From Clostridia bacterium (lineage in GTDB: Bacteria > Bacillota > Clostridia > Christensenellales > UBA1242), in the NCBI GenBank assembly GCA_017541375.1, contig JAFXZE010000005.1, positions 128,153-192,152 of the forward strand: 64,000 nucleotides of DNA, in the 5' to 3' direction. Positions within the stretch are counted from its first letter, which is position 1; every line of letters starts with the position of its first letter. The notes beneath the pieces were generated by a model, which ran no database searches, was not told the origin of the DNA, and saw only the letters and a program-made list of their open reading frames with translations. Both the position numbers and the translations under genes were made by a program. Positions 8,859 through 18,649 of the stretch are shown in pieces.

Positions 8859-10211
8859 ATGGGTCATAGTTTGTTATGTAGCGTCAGCTTAGAGGTAAAT
8901 ATTATCATTTGCGGCGTTATATTGTTATTAATTTTGTGTTCCGCATTCTTTAGTGGATGTGAAACAGCTTTTACATCAGTTAATTCAGTGCGTATGAAAC
9001 ACTACGCAGACGAAAAAGTAAAGGGAGCCAGACGAGCTGTTTGGATAATAGAGCATTTTGATATAACTCTTTCTACCCTACTAGTAAGTAATAACCTTGT
9101 AAATATTGCATCTACTACTATGTGCGCATTTTTACTTGCTAATGCAATTACCAATGCAACTTTAGCTAATATTTTGACTACAGCTATCATGACAATTGTG
9201 TTGTTAATCTGTGGAGAGATTACTCCAAAGGCATTTGCAAAGCAAAATCCTGAGAAAGTAGCATTGCGCTTTGCTAATACATTTTTTATCATTACCAAGA
9301 TTTTGCTACCTATCACATTCTTATTTAATAAATATCAGCAATTCTTGTTAAAACGTAGTAAAAAAGAAAATAACCCAACAGTAACCGAAGAAGAGTTGGA
9401 AAGCATCATAGACACTATGCAAGAAGAAGGTGTAATAGATAGTACAAATGCTGACTTAATACAGGGAGTATTGGATCTAGACCAAAAAATAGTGTATAGT
9501 GCAATGACACCCAGGGTCGATGTATCAGCTATAGATATAAATGCAAACCCTGAAGAAATCACCAAGTTATTTATAGATACACAGTTTTCTAGATTACCTG
9601 TATTTGAGGGAGATATTGATAACATTGTGGGAATACTAAGTGAAAAAGATTATTTTTCTGCGTTAGTTACTAACAAGTCACCTAAAGTAAAAGAACTAAT
9701 GACTCCCCCTATGGTGGTAAATGAAAACATGAAACTAGACGACATGATACGTCAAATGCAAAAAGAAAAGAAACACATGGCTATCGTTATCGATGAGCAT
9801 GGCGGCACTAGTGGAATAATTACACTAGAGGATGCTATAGAAGAAGTTTGGGGCGAAATCTATGATGAGCATGATATGGAAACCGAACAAGCTCAATTCA
9901 TAAAAATAGATGACCACAACTTTATAGCAGATGCTGAAATTACGCTAGAAGATCTCTTTGAAAAGCTAGGAATAGAGCATTTACCGAGCAAAAACTATGC
10001 AAACCTTGGAGCATTCCTATTTGAATTGGCTGAAAAAAGCGTGCCAAAGCAAAATCAAATATTGGAATTTGTGACAATAGATGACCGAATGGATGAAGAT
10101 GCTGAATACTATGAGGTAATAGTAAAACTCATATTTAAGCTCATAAAAGTTGAAAACAATCGTATACGCGAAGTGCGTATAACTATTCAAGAAGTCAGTG
10201 ACAAAATATGA
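8859..10211 (+). CDS. CNNM(DUF21)-CBS-CorC/HlyC family membrane protein
   Basis: N-terminal 4-TM DUF21 pattern (FFSGCETAFTSVN). A CBS pair. C-terminal transporter-associated domain. Confidence 0.85.
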   Translation: MGHSLLCSVSLEVNIIICGVILLLILCSAFFSGCETAFTSVNSVRMKHYADEKVKGARRAVWIIEHFDITLSTLLVSNNLVNIASTTMCAFLLANAITNATLANILTTAIMTIVLLICGEITPKAFAKQNPEKVALRFANTFFIITKILLPITFLFNKYQQFLLKRSKKENNPTVTEEELESIIDTMQEEGVIDSTNADLIQGVLDLDQKIVYSAMTPRVDVSAIDINANPEEITKLFIDTQFSRLPVFEGDIDNIVGILSEKDYFSALVTNKSPKVKELMTPPMVVNENMKLDDMIRQMQKEKKHMAIVIDEHGGTSGIITLEDAIEEVWGEIYDEHDMETEQAQFIKIDDHNFIADAEITLEDLFEKLGIEHLPSKNYANLGAFLFELAEKSVPKQNQILEFVTIDDRMDEDAEYYEVIVKLIFKLIKVENNRIREVRITIQEVSDKI

Positions 10212-10221
10212 CTATATTTAG

Positions 10222-10250
10222 TTGTAAATTACAATTTACTGTGTTATAAT
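10222..10250 (+). promoter_or_regulatory. promoter (TTGTAA-17-TGtTATAAT)
   Basis: -35 at 10222-10227, -10 at 10245-10250. Confidence 0.5.
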
Positions 10251-10276
10251 ACCTAAAACAACAAAGGAGGAAAATA

Positions 10277-11434
10277 ATGTTTGGTTTACTAAGTAGTGCT
10301 GCCACTGGCAGCGATACTACCACCCCATCAGTAACTGAAGGCACAACAGGGGACCCTACTGCACCAGCTACTTCGGGGATAGACTGGGCTCATGTTTGGG
10401 ACACTGTGTGGCATTGGTGTGTAAGTGAAGGAATAAAACTCCTTATTGCACTAATCGTACTGTGGCTATGCTTTAAAATAGTAAACTTCATATTTAGAAG
10501 AGTTTCCAAAATCTTGGAAAAACGTAAAGCGGATAAAACTCTATCTCGAGCATTAGTATCTGTCAGTCGAAAAATTATTAAGTTTTTCTTACTACTAATG
10601 TTTGTAGGTTATATTGGAATAGATACATCCAGCATTGTAGCAGCTATTGCTGCCGGTGCTGTGACCGTTGGTTTAGCTCTGCAAGGTGCCCTATCAAATC
10701 TTGCGTCTGGTGTGCTTATCATTTGCTTGCGCCCATTCCGCGTGGGAGACTTTATCGAATGTACTGGTCTAAAGGGAACTGTCGAAGATATCGGCTTATT
10801 TCAGACAAGACTAGTAAGTCCTGATAATAAAGTTTTGATAATATCAAACACAAATGCAATCAACGCAGCTATTATCAACTACTCTATGAAAGATACTCGA
10901 CGAGTAGATATGACATTCTCAATTGCTTATGAAGAAGATTTTCGAAAAGCTAAAAATCTAATTCGAGAGGAAATTGCTAAAACAGGTCTTGCCCTACCCG
11001 AGCCTGAACCATTTGTAAATATCAAAGAGCACAATGACAGTTCTATTGATATAGAAGTGCGTACCTGGGTAAAATCCGACGATTATTGGGATTTTTATTG
11101 GCGCTTGCTTGAAGATGTGAAGATGGCATTTGATAAACATGATATCACTATTCCATATAATCAACTCGATGTGCACATAAAAGATAAAGAATCGGAAAAA
11201 CTTCAACTTGAAGATGATGACAAATATGTCAAAGCTGAAATTGAACACTACAAACACACTCTTAGCACTAAAGAAGTAGCTAGGAAACGCAGATTGGCCG
11301 CTGAAGCAGCAGAAAAGGAACGCAAAGAAAACAAGAATATTGTTAAAGCTATTATTAAAAAAGCTAGAAAAAAGGATAAAAAACAATCTGAAAAAGTTGA
11401 AGCAAATAATGAGAATAAAACTAAAAAAGTTTAG
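10277..11434 (+). CDS. small-conductance mechanosensitive channel (MscS family)
   Basis: VGLALQGALSNLASGVLIICLRPFRVGDFIE...GTVEDIGLFQTRLVSPDNKVLIISNT is the MscS pore/beta-domain signature. Lys/Glu-rich C-terminal tail. Confidence 0.85.
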   Translation: MFGLLSSAATGSDTTTPSVTEGTTGDPTAPATSGIDWAHVWDTVWHWCVSEGIKLLIALIVLWLCFKIVNFIFRRVSKILEKRKADKTLSRALVSVSRKIIKFFLLLMFVGYIGIDTSSIVAAIAAGAVTVGLALQGALSNLASGVLIICLRPFRVGDFIECTGLKGTVEDIGLFQTRLVSPDNKVLIISNTNAINAAIINYSMKDTRRVDMTFSIAYEEDFRKAKNLIREEIAKTGLALPEPEPFVNIKEHNDSSIDIEVRTWVKSDDYWDFYWRLLEDVKMAFDKHDITIPYNQLDVHIKDKESEKLQLEDDDKYVKAEIEHYKHTLSTKEVARKRRLAAEAAEKERKENKNIVKAIIKKARKKDKKQSEKVEANNENKTKKV

Positions 11435-11452
11435 ATTAATCTAAACTTTTTT
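11423..11452. terminator. bidirectional intrinsic terminator
   Basis: agtttaga-ttaa-tctaaact palindrome flanked by A- and T-runs, between convergent genes. Confidence 0.8.
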
Positions 11453-13718
11453 ATTCTATAATCAATCCAGAAGAATCTAAATCATCACCTGTTGACCTAA
11501 ATGCCAACTGCCCCATACCCATTAGGAATGTCGTTGCAACAGCTTTTTTTGCACGAGGCTTTCTAGGTTTTGCACTAGCCTTACTAGCTTCTACATAAGC
11601 TTGTGGTAATATAGAATTAACTGTAGATTCATCACCTCCAAAAGGAAGTACTCCCCCAGTCGAAGTCCCTTCAGTTCCAGTTGAATCTGTGTCTGTGGTA
11701 CCAGACTTTTTCTTTGTAGTATTCTTAGTTGTCGTAGTAGTTGATTCAGCTTGTTTATCAGATGTGGAATCATTATTTAGTATAACAGCCCCAGTATTTA
11801 TGGTAGTCACGGTACCAGTATTTTTGTTGCTTGTAGTATCATCATTCTGAGTAGATGTGGTTGCTGTAGCATCTGTAGAGCTTTGTGTAGTGCTATCAGG
11901 AGTCGTAGTGCTATTTTTAATAGTGGTGGTGTTTACTACATTATTTGTAGTATCGGTGGTTGTATTTTTAGTAGTATCCACCACTGTTGTAGTCTCGACA
12001 GTCTTGACATCAGATTTATTATTAATCTCAGCAGGTGGAGTTTGCTCAGGAACACGACTAAACTCAAGAGCTGTTGGTTTATTCTTAGATGTTGATGACG
12101 CAGCATATGGAGAACTTAACAAATCACTGTTTTGAGTAACACTTGATTGTTGAGTAGCTTGCTTATTATTCTCCTCTCCCTCTGTAGATTTGCTACTACT
12201 TGCAACAGCAGTAGCCCCAAATAATGCATCAAAAGCACCTTTATTAGTGTTTGTTTCTTGAGTCGTGGTAGTGTTGTTTGTTGTGGTAGTAGTGTTATTG
12301 ACTGTTGTGTTGTTTGTTGTGGTTGTGTTATTAACTGTATTTGCAGTAGATGAACTATTACTGAATAAATCATCATACGAACCTTTATTGCTATTTTCCT
12401 GCTTTACTGTACTTGTAGAAGTTTCTTTATTCTCACTAATCTTATTGGTTGTAGTAGTGCTATATTTAGAATCAACCGTATCACTACCTTTTTCAGTTGG
12501 TTGAGTAGTAACATTATTGGCTGTGCTATAAGCGGGCGTGGTTTGCGTAGTTGTACTATTTGTTGTAGTTGTCGTATTAGAAGTAGTTGTAGATGTGGAT
12601 GTACCAAACAATGAATCGTATGGATTGACACTATTTGTAGTTGGTTTATCAGTGCTTGTTGGAGGTGCCGAAGCAGGTCTGTTTGCATTTCCAGAAGTAA
12701 CTCCTGGACCACTTTCATCCTGAGGTCTACGCCCAATAGGAACATTTTGTAAGAAAGGATTGACTGGTTGATATGTAGCAGGGCGTCTTGGTGAACTCTC
12801 TTCCGCTATAGGTCTAAAAGCCGGTAGAGGCTTATTGGTCGCGACTTGCTCATTATTGGTATAAGGTTGGTAAACTGTACGCCTTGAATCAAACCTCGAT
12901 TTTTCCTTACTCTCCTCATCAATATCAGCCAAAGTTCTTACTTTCGAACGCTCTCCGCCAAATGGAGACGACTTTACATAATCTCCATCTTTAGAAACTG
13001 ACACAACAGTAGATTTTGTTGATTCTCGCAAGAATCTATGAGGAATGGTGCACAACATCCACACTCCAGCTCCAGCTAAATATAATGATAGATATCCCAT
13101 GCAACCTTGATTTGATGTGAGTGCGATAACCATACTTTTGTGAAATTCGAAACCACCATCAAACACACTATTTATTCCTTCTAAACCAATAAAAAATGAA
13201 GTTACTGTCCAAAAAATTCCATTAAAAATCAGCAATGTACTCGCTCGGTTTACATGATATTTCTGAGTTATCCAAAAAACAATACCCAAAACAACACTTA
13301 TAAATGATAAAGCAAAGAATATTAATTGAGTTGCTCCTATCAAATCTAACAAATCAGTTGTTTCCGAAACCTCGGATAAAATTTTAAAAATCAAAGGTAT
13401 AAGTAGTGAAAGAATTCCAAAAATGGAAGATAATCTAAAAAAAGTACTGTTGGTAGATTGACGAAAAAAAGTAGAAGCTAAAAATATGATAAAAAGTGTT
13501 GACAGGATAATCAATGCCCCCCACTCTTTGATAGCACCTAGAGTATCTACTCCAACAATCTCAGCAAAGGCTGTTTTATAATTCCATGGTCTATCACCTG
13601 TGAGTTGAAAAACAAATTCAGGGAAAAACAATGTAAACAATAGTAAGGCACCGATTAGCGAAAAGACTCCACCCACGATGTAGCCTGTTCGACGTCCACT
13701 TTTTACAACTTCACTCAT
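11451..13718 (-). CDS. polytopic membrane protein with a long Thr/Asn/Ser-rich low-complexity tail
   Basis: About 8 predicted TM helices in the first ~230 aa, followed by ~500 aa of TTTNNTT / SSTS / P-rich sequence. Confidence 0.6.
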   Translation of the reverse strand: MSEVVKSGRRTGYIVGGVFSLIGALLLFTLFFPEFVFQLTGDRPWNYKTAFAEIVGVDTLGAIKEWGALIILSTLFIIFLASTFFRQSTNSTFFRLSSIFGILSLLIPLIFKILSEVSETTDLLDLIGATQLIFFALSFISVVLGIVFWITQKYHVNRASTLLIFNGIFWTVTSFFIGLEGINSVFDGGFEFHKSMVIALTSNQGCMGYLSLYLAGAGVWMLCTIPHRFLRESTKSTVVSVSKDGDYVKSSPFGGERSKVRTLADIDEESKEKSRFDSRRTVYQPYTNNEQVATNKPLPAFRPIAEESSPRRPATYQPVNPFLQNVPIGRRPQDESGPGVTSGNANRPASAPPTSTDKPTTNSVNPYDSLFGTSTSTTTSNTTTTTNSTTTQTTPAYSTANNVTTQPTEKGSDTVDSKYSTTTTNKISENKETSTSTVKQENSNKGSYDDLFSNSSSTANTVNNTTTTNNTTVNNTTTTTNNTTTTQETNTNKGAFDALFGATAVASSSKSTEGEENNKQATQQSSVTQNSDLLSSPYAASSTSKNKPTALEFSRVPEQTPPAEINNKSDVKTVETTTVVDTTKNTTTDTTNNVVNTTTIKNSTTTPDSTTQSSTDATATTSTQNDDTTSNKNTGTVTTINTGAVILNNDSTSDKQAESTTTTTKNTTKKKSGTTDTDSTGTEGTSTGGVLPFGGDESTVNSILPQAYVEASKASAKPRKPRAKKAVATTFLMGMGQLAFRSTGDDLDSSGLIIE
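11559..12731 (-). repeat. coding low-complexity (T/N/S-rich) region
   Basis: Degenerate ACN/AAY codon runs. These generate the spurious alternate-frame ORFs at 11857-12745 in the track. Confidence 0.7.
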
Positions 13719-13906
13719 TTGTAAAATCGCCTCCTACCCTTTTACTATTACTACTATTATATCAAATTATTAAAATAATTAGCAAACGATTTTGGATAAA
13801 ATATTTTATTTTCACAAAAAAAAGCAATAATTTTCATTAAATAACTAAATTTGTTTTGAAAATGTAAAAAATTTTGCTATAATTATAAAAAAATAAGGAG
13901 TTAAAA

Positions 13907-14896
13907 ATGAAAAACGATTCCCAAACACATAAATCCCCAACTATAAAACCACCCCAAAAAGAAGATGAAAAAACCAAATCATTCCACTATGAAACATCTT
14001 TTTATAAGGGATATCTTGATTACCCAGTTTTTGTACGCATTTGGAAAAAAGTTGAAGAGGCTAAAGGCATTGTACTTGTTGCTCATAATATTCGTGAACA
14101 CAGTGGCTTTTATGAGGAGTTTGCTCTCACCCTAAATAAAGTAGGCTATATAGTAGTCGTTCCTGACCTTCGTGCTCACGGAAAAACAGCTGGCGAAGTG
14201 GATAATTGCGGAAAATATGATGGCAAAAACTTTTTTCAAGATAGTGTATTAGATCTAATAAAATTTGCTGATTGGATGTTTAAGCGTTTTGACCTACCTC
14301 TAGCTATAATGGGCGTAGGAATAGGTAGTTTTTTGGTACAAAAATTCGCTGAAAACTATCATAGGCACAGAGCAATGATTTTAATTGGAGCAGGATATTA
14401 TCCTATTCCCTATCTAAATCACATAAATTTTTTAGCTAACATGACAGCCATGTTTAAAGGAAAAAATGCACCAGCACACAAAGTATATAAAGCAACTATT
14501 GGAAAATTTGAAAAAAATTTCCCAGACAAGAATTGGCTAACTCACGATGAAAGCATGATTGAAATTTATGAACAAGACCCATATTATGGTCACATTCCTT
14601 CAGCAGCAATATGTGCCTCCATTGCTCAAGGCATTGCATCTGTATTTACTGGCAACAACCTAGACAAACTAGACAGATTTACCCCGATTTTATTTGAAAA
14701 TGGACAAAATGACACCATAGCTACAGCGAGCCCAACCAACCTTGATAAACTGCTGGAACAATACAAATTTTTACAATTTAAAAATGTGGAAACAAAAATT
14801 TGGGATCACGACAGACATGATATTTTACATGAAACTGACCGAAAACAAGTTTTTTCTCACATAAGTGCTTTCCTCAAAAAGAATGTAATTCCGTAA
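13907..14896 (+). CDS. alpha/beta-hydrolase fold protein (lysophospholipase-like), nucleophile position Gly
   Basis: VLVAHNIREHSGFYEEF...VVVPDLRAHGKT follows the Hydrolase_4 pattern. The nucleophile elbow reads GVGIG (14312-14326) instead of GxSxG. The C-terminal HD..HE is retained. Confidence 0.7.
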   Translation: MKNDSQTHKSPTIKPPQKEDEKTKSFHYETSFYKGYLDYPVFVRIWKKVEEAKGIVLVAHNIREHSGFYEEFALTLNKVGYIVVVPDLRAHGKTAGEVDNCGKYDGKNFFQDSVLDLIKFADWMFKRFDLPLAIMGVGIGSFLVQKFAENYHRHRAMILIGAGYYPIPYLNHINFLANMTAMFKGKNAPAHKVYKATIGKFEKNFPDKNWLTHDESMIEIYEQDPYYGHIPSAAICASIAQGIASVFTGNNLDKLDRFTPILFENGQNDTIATASPTNLDKLLEQYKFLQFKNVETKIWDHDRHDILHETDRKQVFSHISAFLKKNVIP

Positions 14897-14933
14897 TAAA
14901 TTTAAAAAAAATAAAAAATTTTTATTATTTTTA

Positions 14934-14962
14934 TTGACATTTAGGAAAATTTGTGTTATACT
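14934..14962 (+). promoter_or_regulatory. promoter (TTGACA-17-TATACT)
   Basis: -35 at 14934-14939, -10 at 14957-14962. Confidence 0.6.
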
Positions 14963-14995
14963 CTTCGCAATTATTATTGAAAGGAGGAGAAAATC

Positions 14996-15055
14996 ATGAC
15001 AATAAACAGTGTAGTCGAAGCACAAAAATCTTCCTTAGGAGTGCGTTTTTTATAA
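14996..15055 (+). CDS. candidate 19-aa leader peptide (MTINSVVEAQKSSLGVRFL)
   Basis: Perfect AAGGAGGAG SD at 14981-14989, 6 nt before the ATG. Lies between the promoter and the ABC exporter. Too short to appear in the ORF track. Confidence 0.3.
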   Translation: MTINSVVEAQKSSLGVRFL

Positions 15056-15111
15056 ATTTTCTAAAAGAGGTACTTCTTTAGGAAAAACAATAAAAATTTA
15101 AGGAGTTAATT

Positions 15112-16974
15112 ATGTTAGGTAAAGAAAAATTACCTAACTCTAAAATGACTCGATTAGATAAAAAACGTCAAAAGTATAAAAATAGGTATGGCATAGACTA
15201 TGATGAGTTTATGCAAAAACAAAAAGAAAAGCAAGAAAAACGAAAGCTTGGATTTAAATCTATTAAGCAAATTCTATCGCTTTGCAAATCATCACATAAA
15301 TTTTTGTGGGGTTGTGTGATTGTGGTGCTAATTGGTGCTGCAATTGATATTTTGGGTGCATATCAATATGTGCATATTATTGATGATGTCACACTAGAAT
15401 TCTTTGATAAAGCGCTATATGCTACTATCACTTATGGAGCATGTATTGCGGGAACACATATTTGTTGGTTCTTTTGGGAAATATTTTATAACTATGCTTC
15501 TGCAAACATCAATTATCAGATTAAAAACAACTTATTTAGCAATGTATTAAATGTTAGCACAGCCAAATATAATGATGTTTCTAGTGGTGAAATTATCAAC
15601 CGAATCACCAATGATAGTAGTTCGTTTGCTCAAACAGTCACAGCTTTGGTAACTGATATTTGTGACTTTATTTCAAATATTGCCTACGTAGTAGTAGCGT
15701 TTATTCTGAGCCCATACTTGGGTGCGATAATGTTTTGTTTGGGCCTTATCGCCTACCTCATTCGCAGAATTTATCTCAAACGCAGAGCAATTCTATATTC
15801 TGCACGAACTAAATTAATTGTTGATAAAAATACATCTAGTGTGCAAGAAGCCATTAGAGGAAATAAAGACATCAAAAATCTTAACTTAAAATCCCTTATT
15901 AATGATCAACAATTATCTTTATCACTCAATCAAAAACATTCGAGCATAGACCAGCAAAATCAACGAATTATTTTTAATAGAATTGCTTGGTTTCTATCTA
16001 GCATATCTCGAGCTTTAATACTAATAGCATCTATACTCTTGATCCAAAAAGGAATGGTATCCCTTGGTGTTACGCTCGGAGTTTTGACATTTGTTTGGTC
16101 TGGGCTTGAAACATTCATGAATTTGGCAAACATTATTCAAAATGTAAAAGAAGCATCAGTAAGTTCTAGTAGAATGTTAGAAATACTTGATGATGAGCTA
16201 TATCCCAAAGAACATTTTGGCTGCCAAACAATCGACAATATGCGCGGTGAAATTGAATTTAAACATGTAGAATTTGGATACAAAAAAGATGAATTGCTTT
16301 TCAAAGATTTAAGTTTTAAAATAGAAGCCGGCCAGTGTATCGGTATTGTAGGAAAATCTGGTCAAGGTAAGTCGAGTATTATTAATTTAATTAACAAACT
16401 TTTTGACGTTTCGGGAGGTCAAATACTACTAGATGGTGTCGACATTCAAAATTTGAGTGAAGACTCGATTAGAGATAATGTTTCAGTTGTGTCTCAATCC
16501 CCCTACATATTTGACCTAACTATTAGAGAAAATTTAGAGTTAGTAAAACCAGATGCCACTTTTGATGAAATTGTTGATGCTTGTAAAAAAGCGTATATAT
16601 ATGATTACATCATGTCACTTGACAACAAATTTGATAGCAAGATTGGTGAAGGTGGCGTGCAACTAAGTGGTGGACAAAAACAACGCTTAGCAATTGCTAG
16701 AGCATTGCTAAGAAAAAGTAAAATCTTGTTGCTTGATGAAGCTACAAGTGCTCTTGACAACGAAAGTCAAGAGAAAATTAAATCGGCTATAAATGACTTG
16801 AAAAACGAAAAAACAATAATAATTGTCGCTCACAGACTTACTACCGTCATGGATTGTGATAGAATTTTGTTTATCAATAATAACACAGTAAAAGCTGATG
16901 GTACTCACAAACAACTAATGAAAACCTGTCCTGAATACAAAAAACTTTACAATTCAGAAGATAGTGAGGAGTAA
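15112..16974 (+). CDS. ABC exporter, fused permease/ATPase (MsbA/multidrug type)
   Basis: 6-TM domain. Walker A GKSGQGKSS, signature LSGGQKQR, Walker B ILLLDEATSALD. Lys-rich ~50-aa N-terminal extension. Confidence 0.9.
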   Translation: MLGKEKLPNSKMTRLDKKRQKYKNRYGIDYDEFMQKQKEKQEKRKLGFKSIKQILSLCKSSHKFLWGCVIVVLIGAAIDILGAYQYVHIIDDVTLEFFDKALYATITYGACIAGTHICWFFWEIFYNYASANINYQIKNNLFSNVLNVSTAKYNDVSSGEIINRITNDSSSFAQTVTALVTDICDFISNIAYVVVAFILSPYLGAIMFCLGLIAYLIRRIYLKRRAILYSARTKLIVDKNTSSVQEAIRGNKDIKNLNLKSLINDQQLSLSLNQKHSSIDQQNQRIIFNRIAWFLSSISRALILIASILLIQKGMVSLGVTLGVLTFVWSGLETFMNLANIIQNVKEASVSSSRMLEILDDELYPKEHFGCQTIDNMRGEIEFKHVEFGYKKDELLFKDLSFKIEAGQCIGIVGKSGQGKSSIINLINKLFDVSGGQILLDGVDIQNLSEDSIRDNVSVVSQSPYIFDLTIRENLELVKPDATFDEIVDACKKAYIYDYIMSLDNKFDSKIGEGGVQLSGGQKQRLAIARALLRKSKILLLDEATSALDNESQEKIKSAINDLKNEKTIIIVAHRLTTVMDCDRILFINNNTVKADGTHKQLMKTCPEYKKLYNSEDSEE

Positions 16975-16978
16975 GCAA

Positions 16979-17007
16979 AATAAGCAACTCAGATTGCTTA
17001 TTTTTTA
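16979..17007 (+). terminator. intrinsic terminator
   Basis: aataagcaa/ttgcttatt stem plus T-run. Confidence 0.85.
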
Positions 17008-17025
17008 TTAAAAAAGGAGTAATAT

Positions 17026-17553
17026 ATGAAACTTAATTTAAAAATCCACAAAGCCACAGAAAATAATGTGAGTGATATACTCAAAATTAGAGAAGAAGGT
17101 TGGCTCAGTGGCTATACAGACTTGGATAAAGAAGCTATAAAAAACTACTATAAAAAGCAGAGAGAAATCAAAAAAATCGAAAACATGAAAAAATATTTTT
17201 CATCAGACAACCATAATTGCTACCTAGCGGAATATCAAGGACAAAATATAGGTCTGTTTTGGTTTGAGGACAATGGTAGAAAAAGTAATGATACCTGCTA
17301 CATATATGGTTTTTATGTTCTCCCCCAATTTCAAGGTCAAGGCGTAGGGACTGCGCTTTGGAAATTTGGAATGGAAAGAATGAAAGAAAAAGGTTACACC
17401 AAATGTAGCCTCATAACAACTAGTAAAAATGAAAAGAGCAAAAAATTCTATCATGCGCATAATGGAGTTATTTCAAAAGAATATATTGAACAAATGATTG
17501 ATGAAGATGATCAATCAAAAATTTTAGTAGATGAATTTACCTTTAATATATAA
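17026..17553 (+). CDS. GNAT family N-acetyltransferase
   Basis: FYVLPQFQGQGVGTALW, the acetyl-CoA binding motif A (Q/RxxGxG/A). Confidence 0.8.
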   Translation: MKLNLKIHKATENNVSDILKIREEGWLSGYTDLDKEAIKNYYKKQREIKKIENMKKYFSSDNHNCYLAEYQGQNIGLFWFEDNGRKSNDTCYIYGFYVLPQFQGQGVGTALWKFGMERMKEKGYTKCSLITTSKNEKSKKFYHAHNGVISKEYIEQMIDEDDQSKILVDEFTFNI

Positions 17554-17582
17554 AAGAGCGGATTGTTATTCGCTCTTTTTAT
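17553..17582. terminator. bidirectional intrinsic terminator
   Basis: aagagcg/cgctctt stem between convergent genes. Confidence 0.8.
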
Positions 17583-18649
17583 ATGTTTGCATTTTCTAAT
17601 TTACGTTTTATCTCTTCTTGGTGAAGTGCATCCAACATTTCATCAATATCTCCTAACATAAAGTTATTTATTGAGTGAAGACTAAGGCCTATACGGTGAT
17701 CTGTTACTCTGTCTTGAGGAAAGTTGTATGTACGGATTCGTTCACTTCTATCCCCTGTGCCCACTTGACTTTTTCTTGCCTCAGCACTCTCATTCATTGC
17801 CTTTTGTTCGGCTATGTCCTCCAACTTTGCTCTTAGTATACCCATTGCCCGCTCTTTATTTTTGATTTGACTTCGCTCGTCTTGACAAGTTACCACTATT
17901 CCACTGGGGATATGAGTAATACGCACGGCACTATCGGTAGTGTTTACCCCCTGCCCACCATGACCACCAGCGTGATATGTGTCTATTCTTAGGTCTTTAT
18001 CATTTATTTCGACATCAGTTTCTTCCACTTCAGGAAGTACTGCAACAGTTACAGTACTAGTATGCACCCTACCTTGAGCCTCAGTCTCCGGCACACGTTG
18101 GACTCGATGCACTCCACTCTCCCACTTTAACCTACTGTATGCCCCAACTCCATCAATCAGCATTACTCCTTCCTTGAGTCCTCCGACTTCTGTCGATGAA
18201 TATTCTATTATTTCGACCTTCCATCCTAAATTTTGCGCATACTTCTGGTACATTTTAAAGAGTTCCGCCCCAAACAAAGATGCTTCATCTCCCCCAGCAG
18301 CAGGACGAACTTCTAAGAAAACATTCTTATCATCGTTCTTTCCACGCGGCAAAAGTAACACTTTTACTTCCTCATCCAACTTTTCTAAAACATCATTAGC
18401 TTCGCTTAATTCAGCTTTTGCCATCTCTATAATATCAGCCTCATCAGTTTCATTCAAAAGTTCTTCCGCAAGCTTTTGCTTATTCTGCGCCTGTTTATAT
18501 TTCTCAAATAGTGTAACATATTCTTCTAAAGTTGAATGTTCCTTAGCAACTTTACGAAATTTGTTACTATCAGCCACCAAAGCCGGGTCACACATCTGCT
18601 CTCCCAATTCGTGATATCTTTTTACAAATGGCTCTAATTTTTCAATCAT
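17579..18649 (-). CDS. prfA: peptide chain release factor 1
   Basis: GGQ motif ([21 protein letters not shown]). PxT-type codon-recognition tripeptide ([14 protein letters not shown]). ATGA overlap with prmC. Confidence 0.95.
   Translation of the reverse strand: MIEKLEPFVKRYHELGEQMCDPALVADSNKFRKVAKEHSTLEEYVTLFEKYKQAQNKQKLAEELLNETDEADIIEMAKAELSEANDVLEKLDEEVKVLLLPRGKNDDKNVFLEVRPAAGGDEASLFGAELFKMYQKYAQNLGWKVEIIEYSSTEVGGLKEGVMLIDGVGAYSRLKWESGVHRVQRVPETEAQGRVHTSTVTVAVLPEVEETDVEINDKDLRIDTYHAGGHGGQGVNTTDSAVRITHIPSGIVVTCQDERSQIKNKERAMGILRAKLEDIAEQKAMNESAEARKSQVGTGDRSERIRTYNFPQDRVTDHRIGLSLHSINNFMLGDIDEMLDALHQEEIKRKLENANI

Noticed and set aside
11857-12745. Several 60-113-aa ORFs in the track on both strands (11857-12135, 11883-12095, 12116-12376, 12265-12504, 12404-12745, 12538-12723)
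   Set aside because: They lie entirely within the T/N/S-rich low-complexity part of the 755-aa gene and have no SD. Their V/L- or Q/L-rich translations are what alternate frames of ACN/AAY repeats give. I treat them as shadow ORFs.
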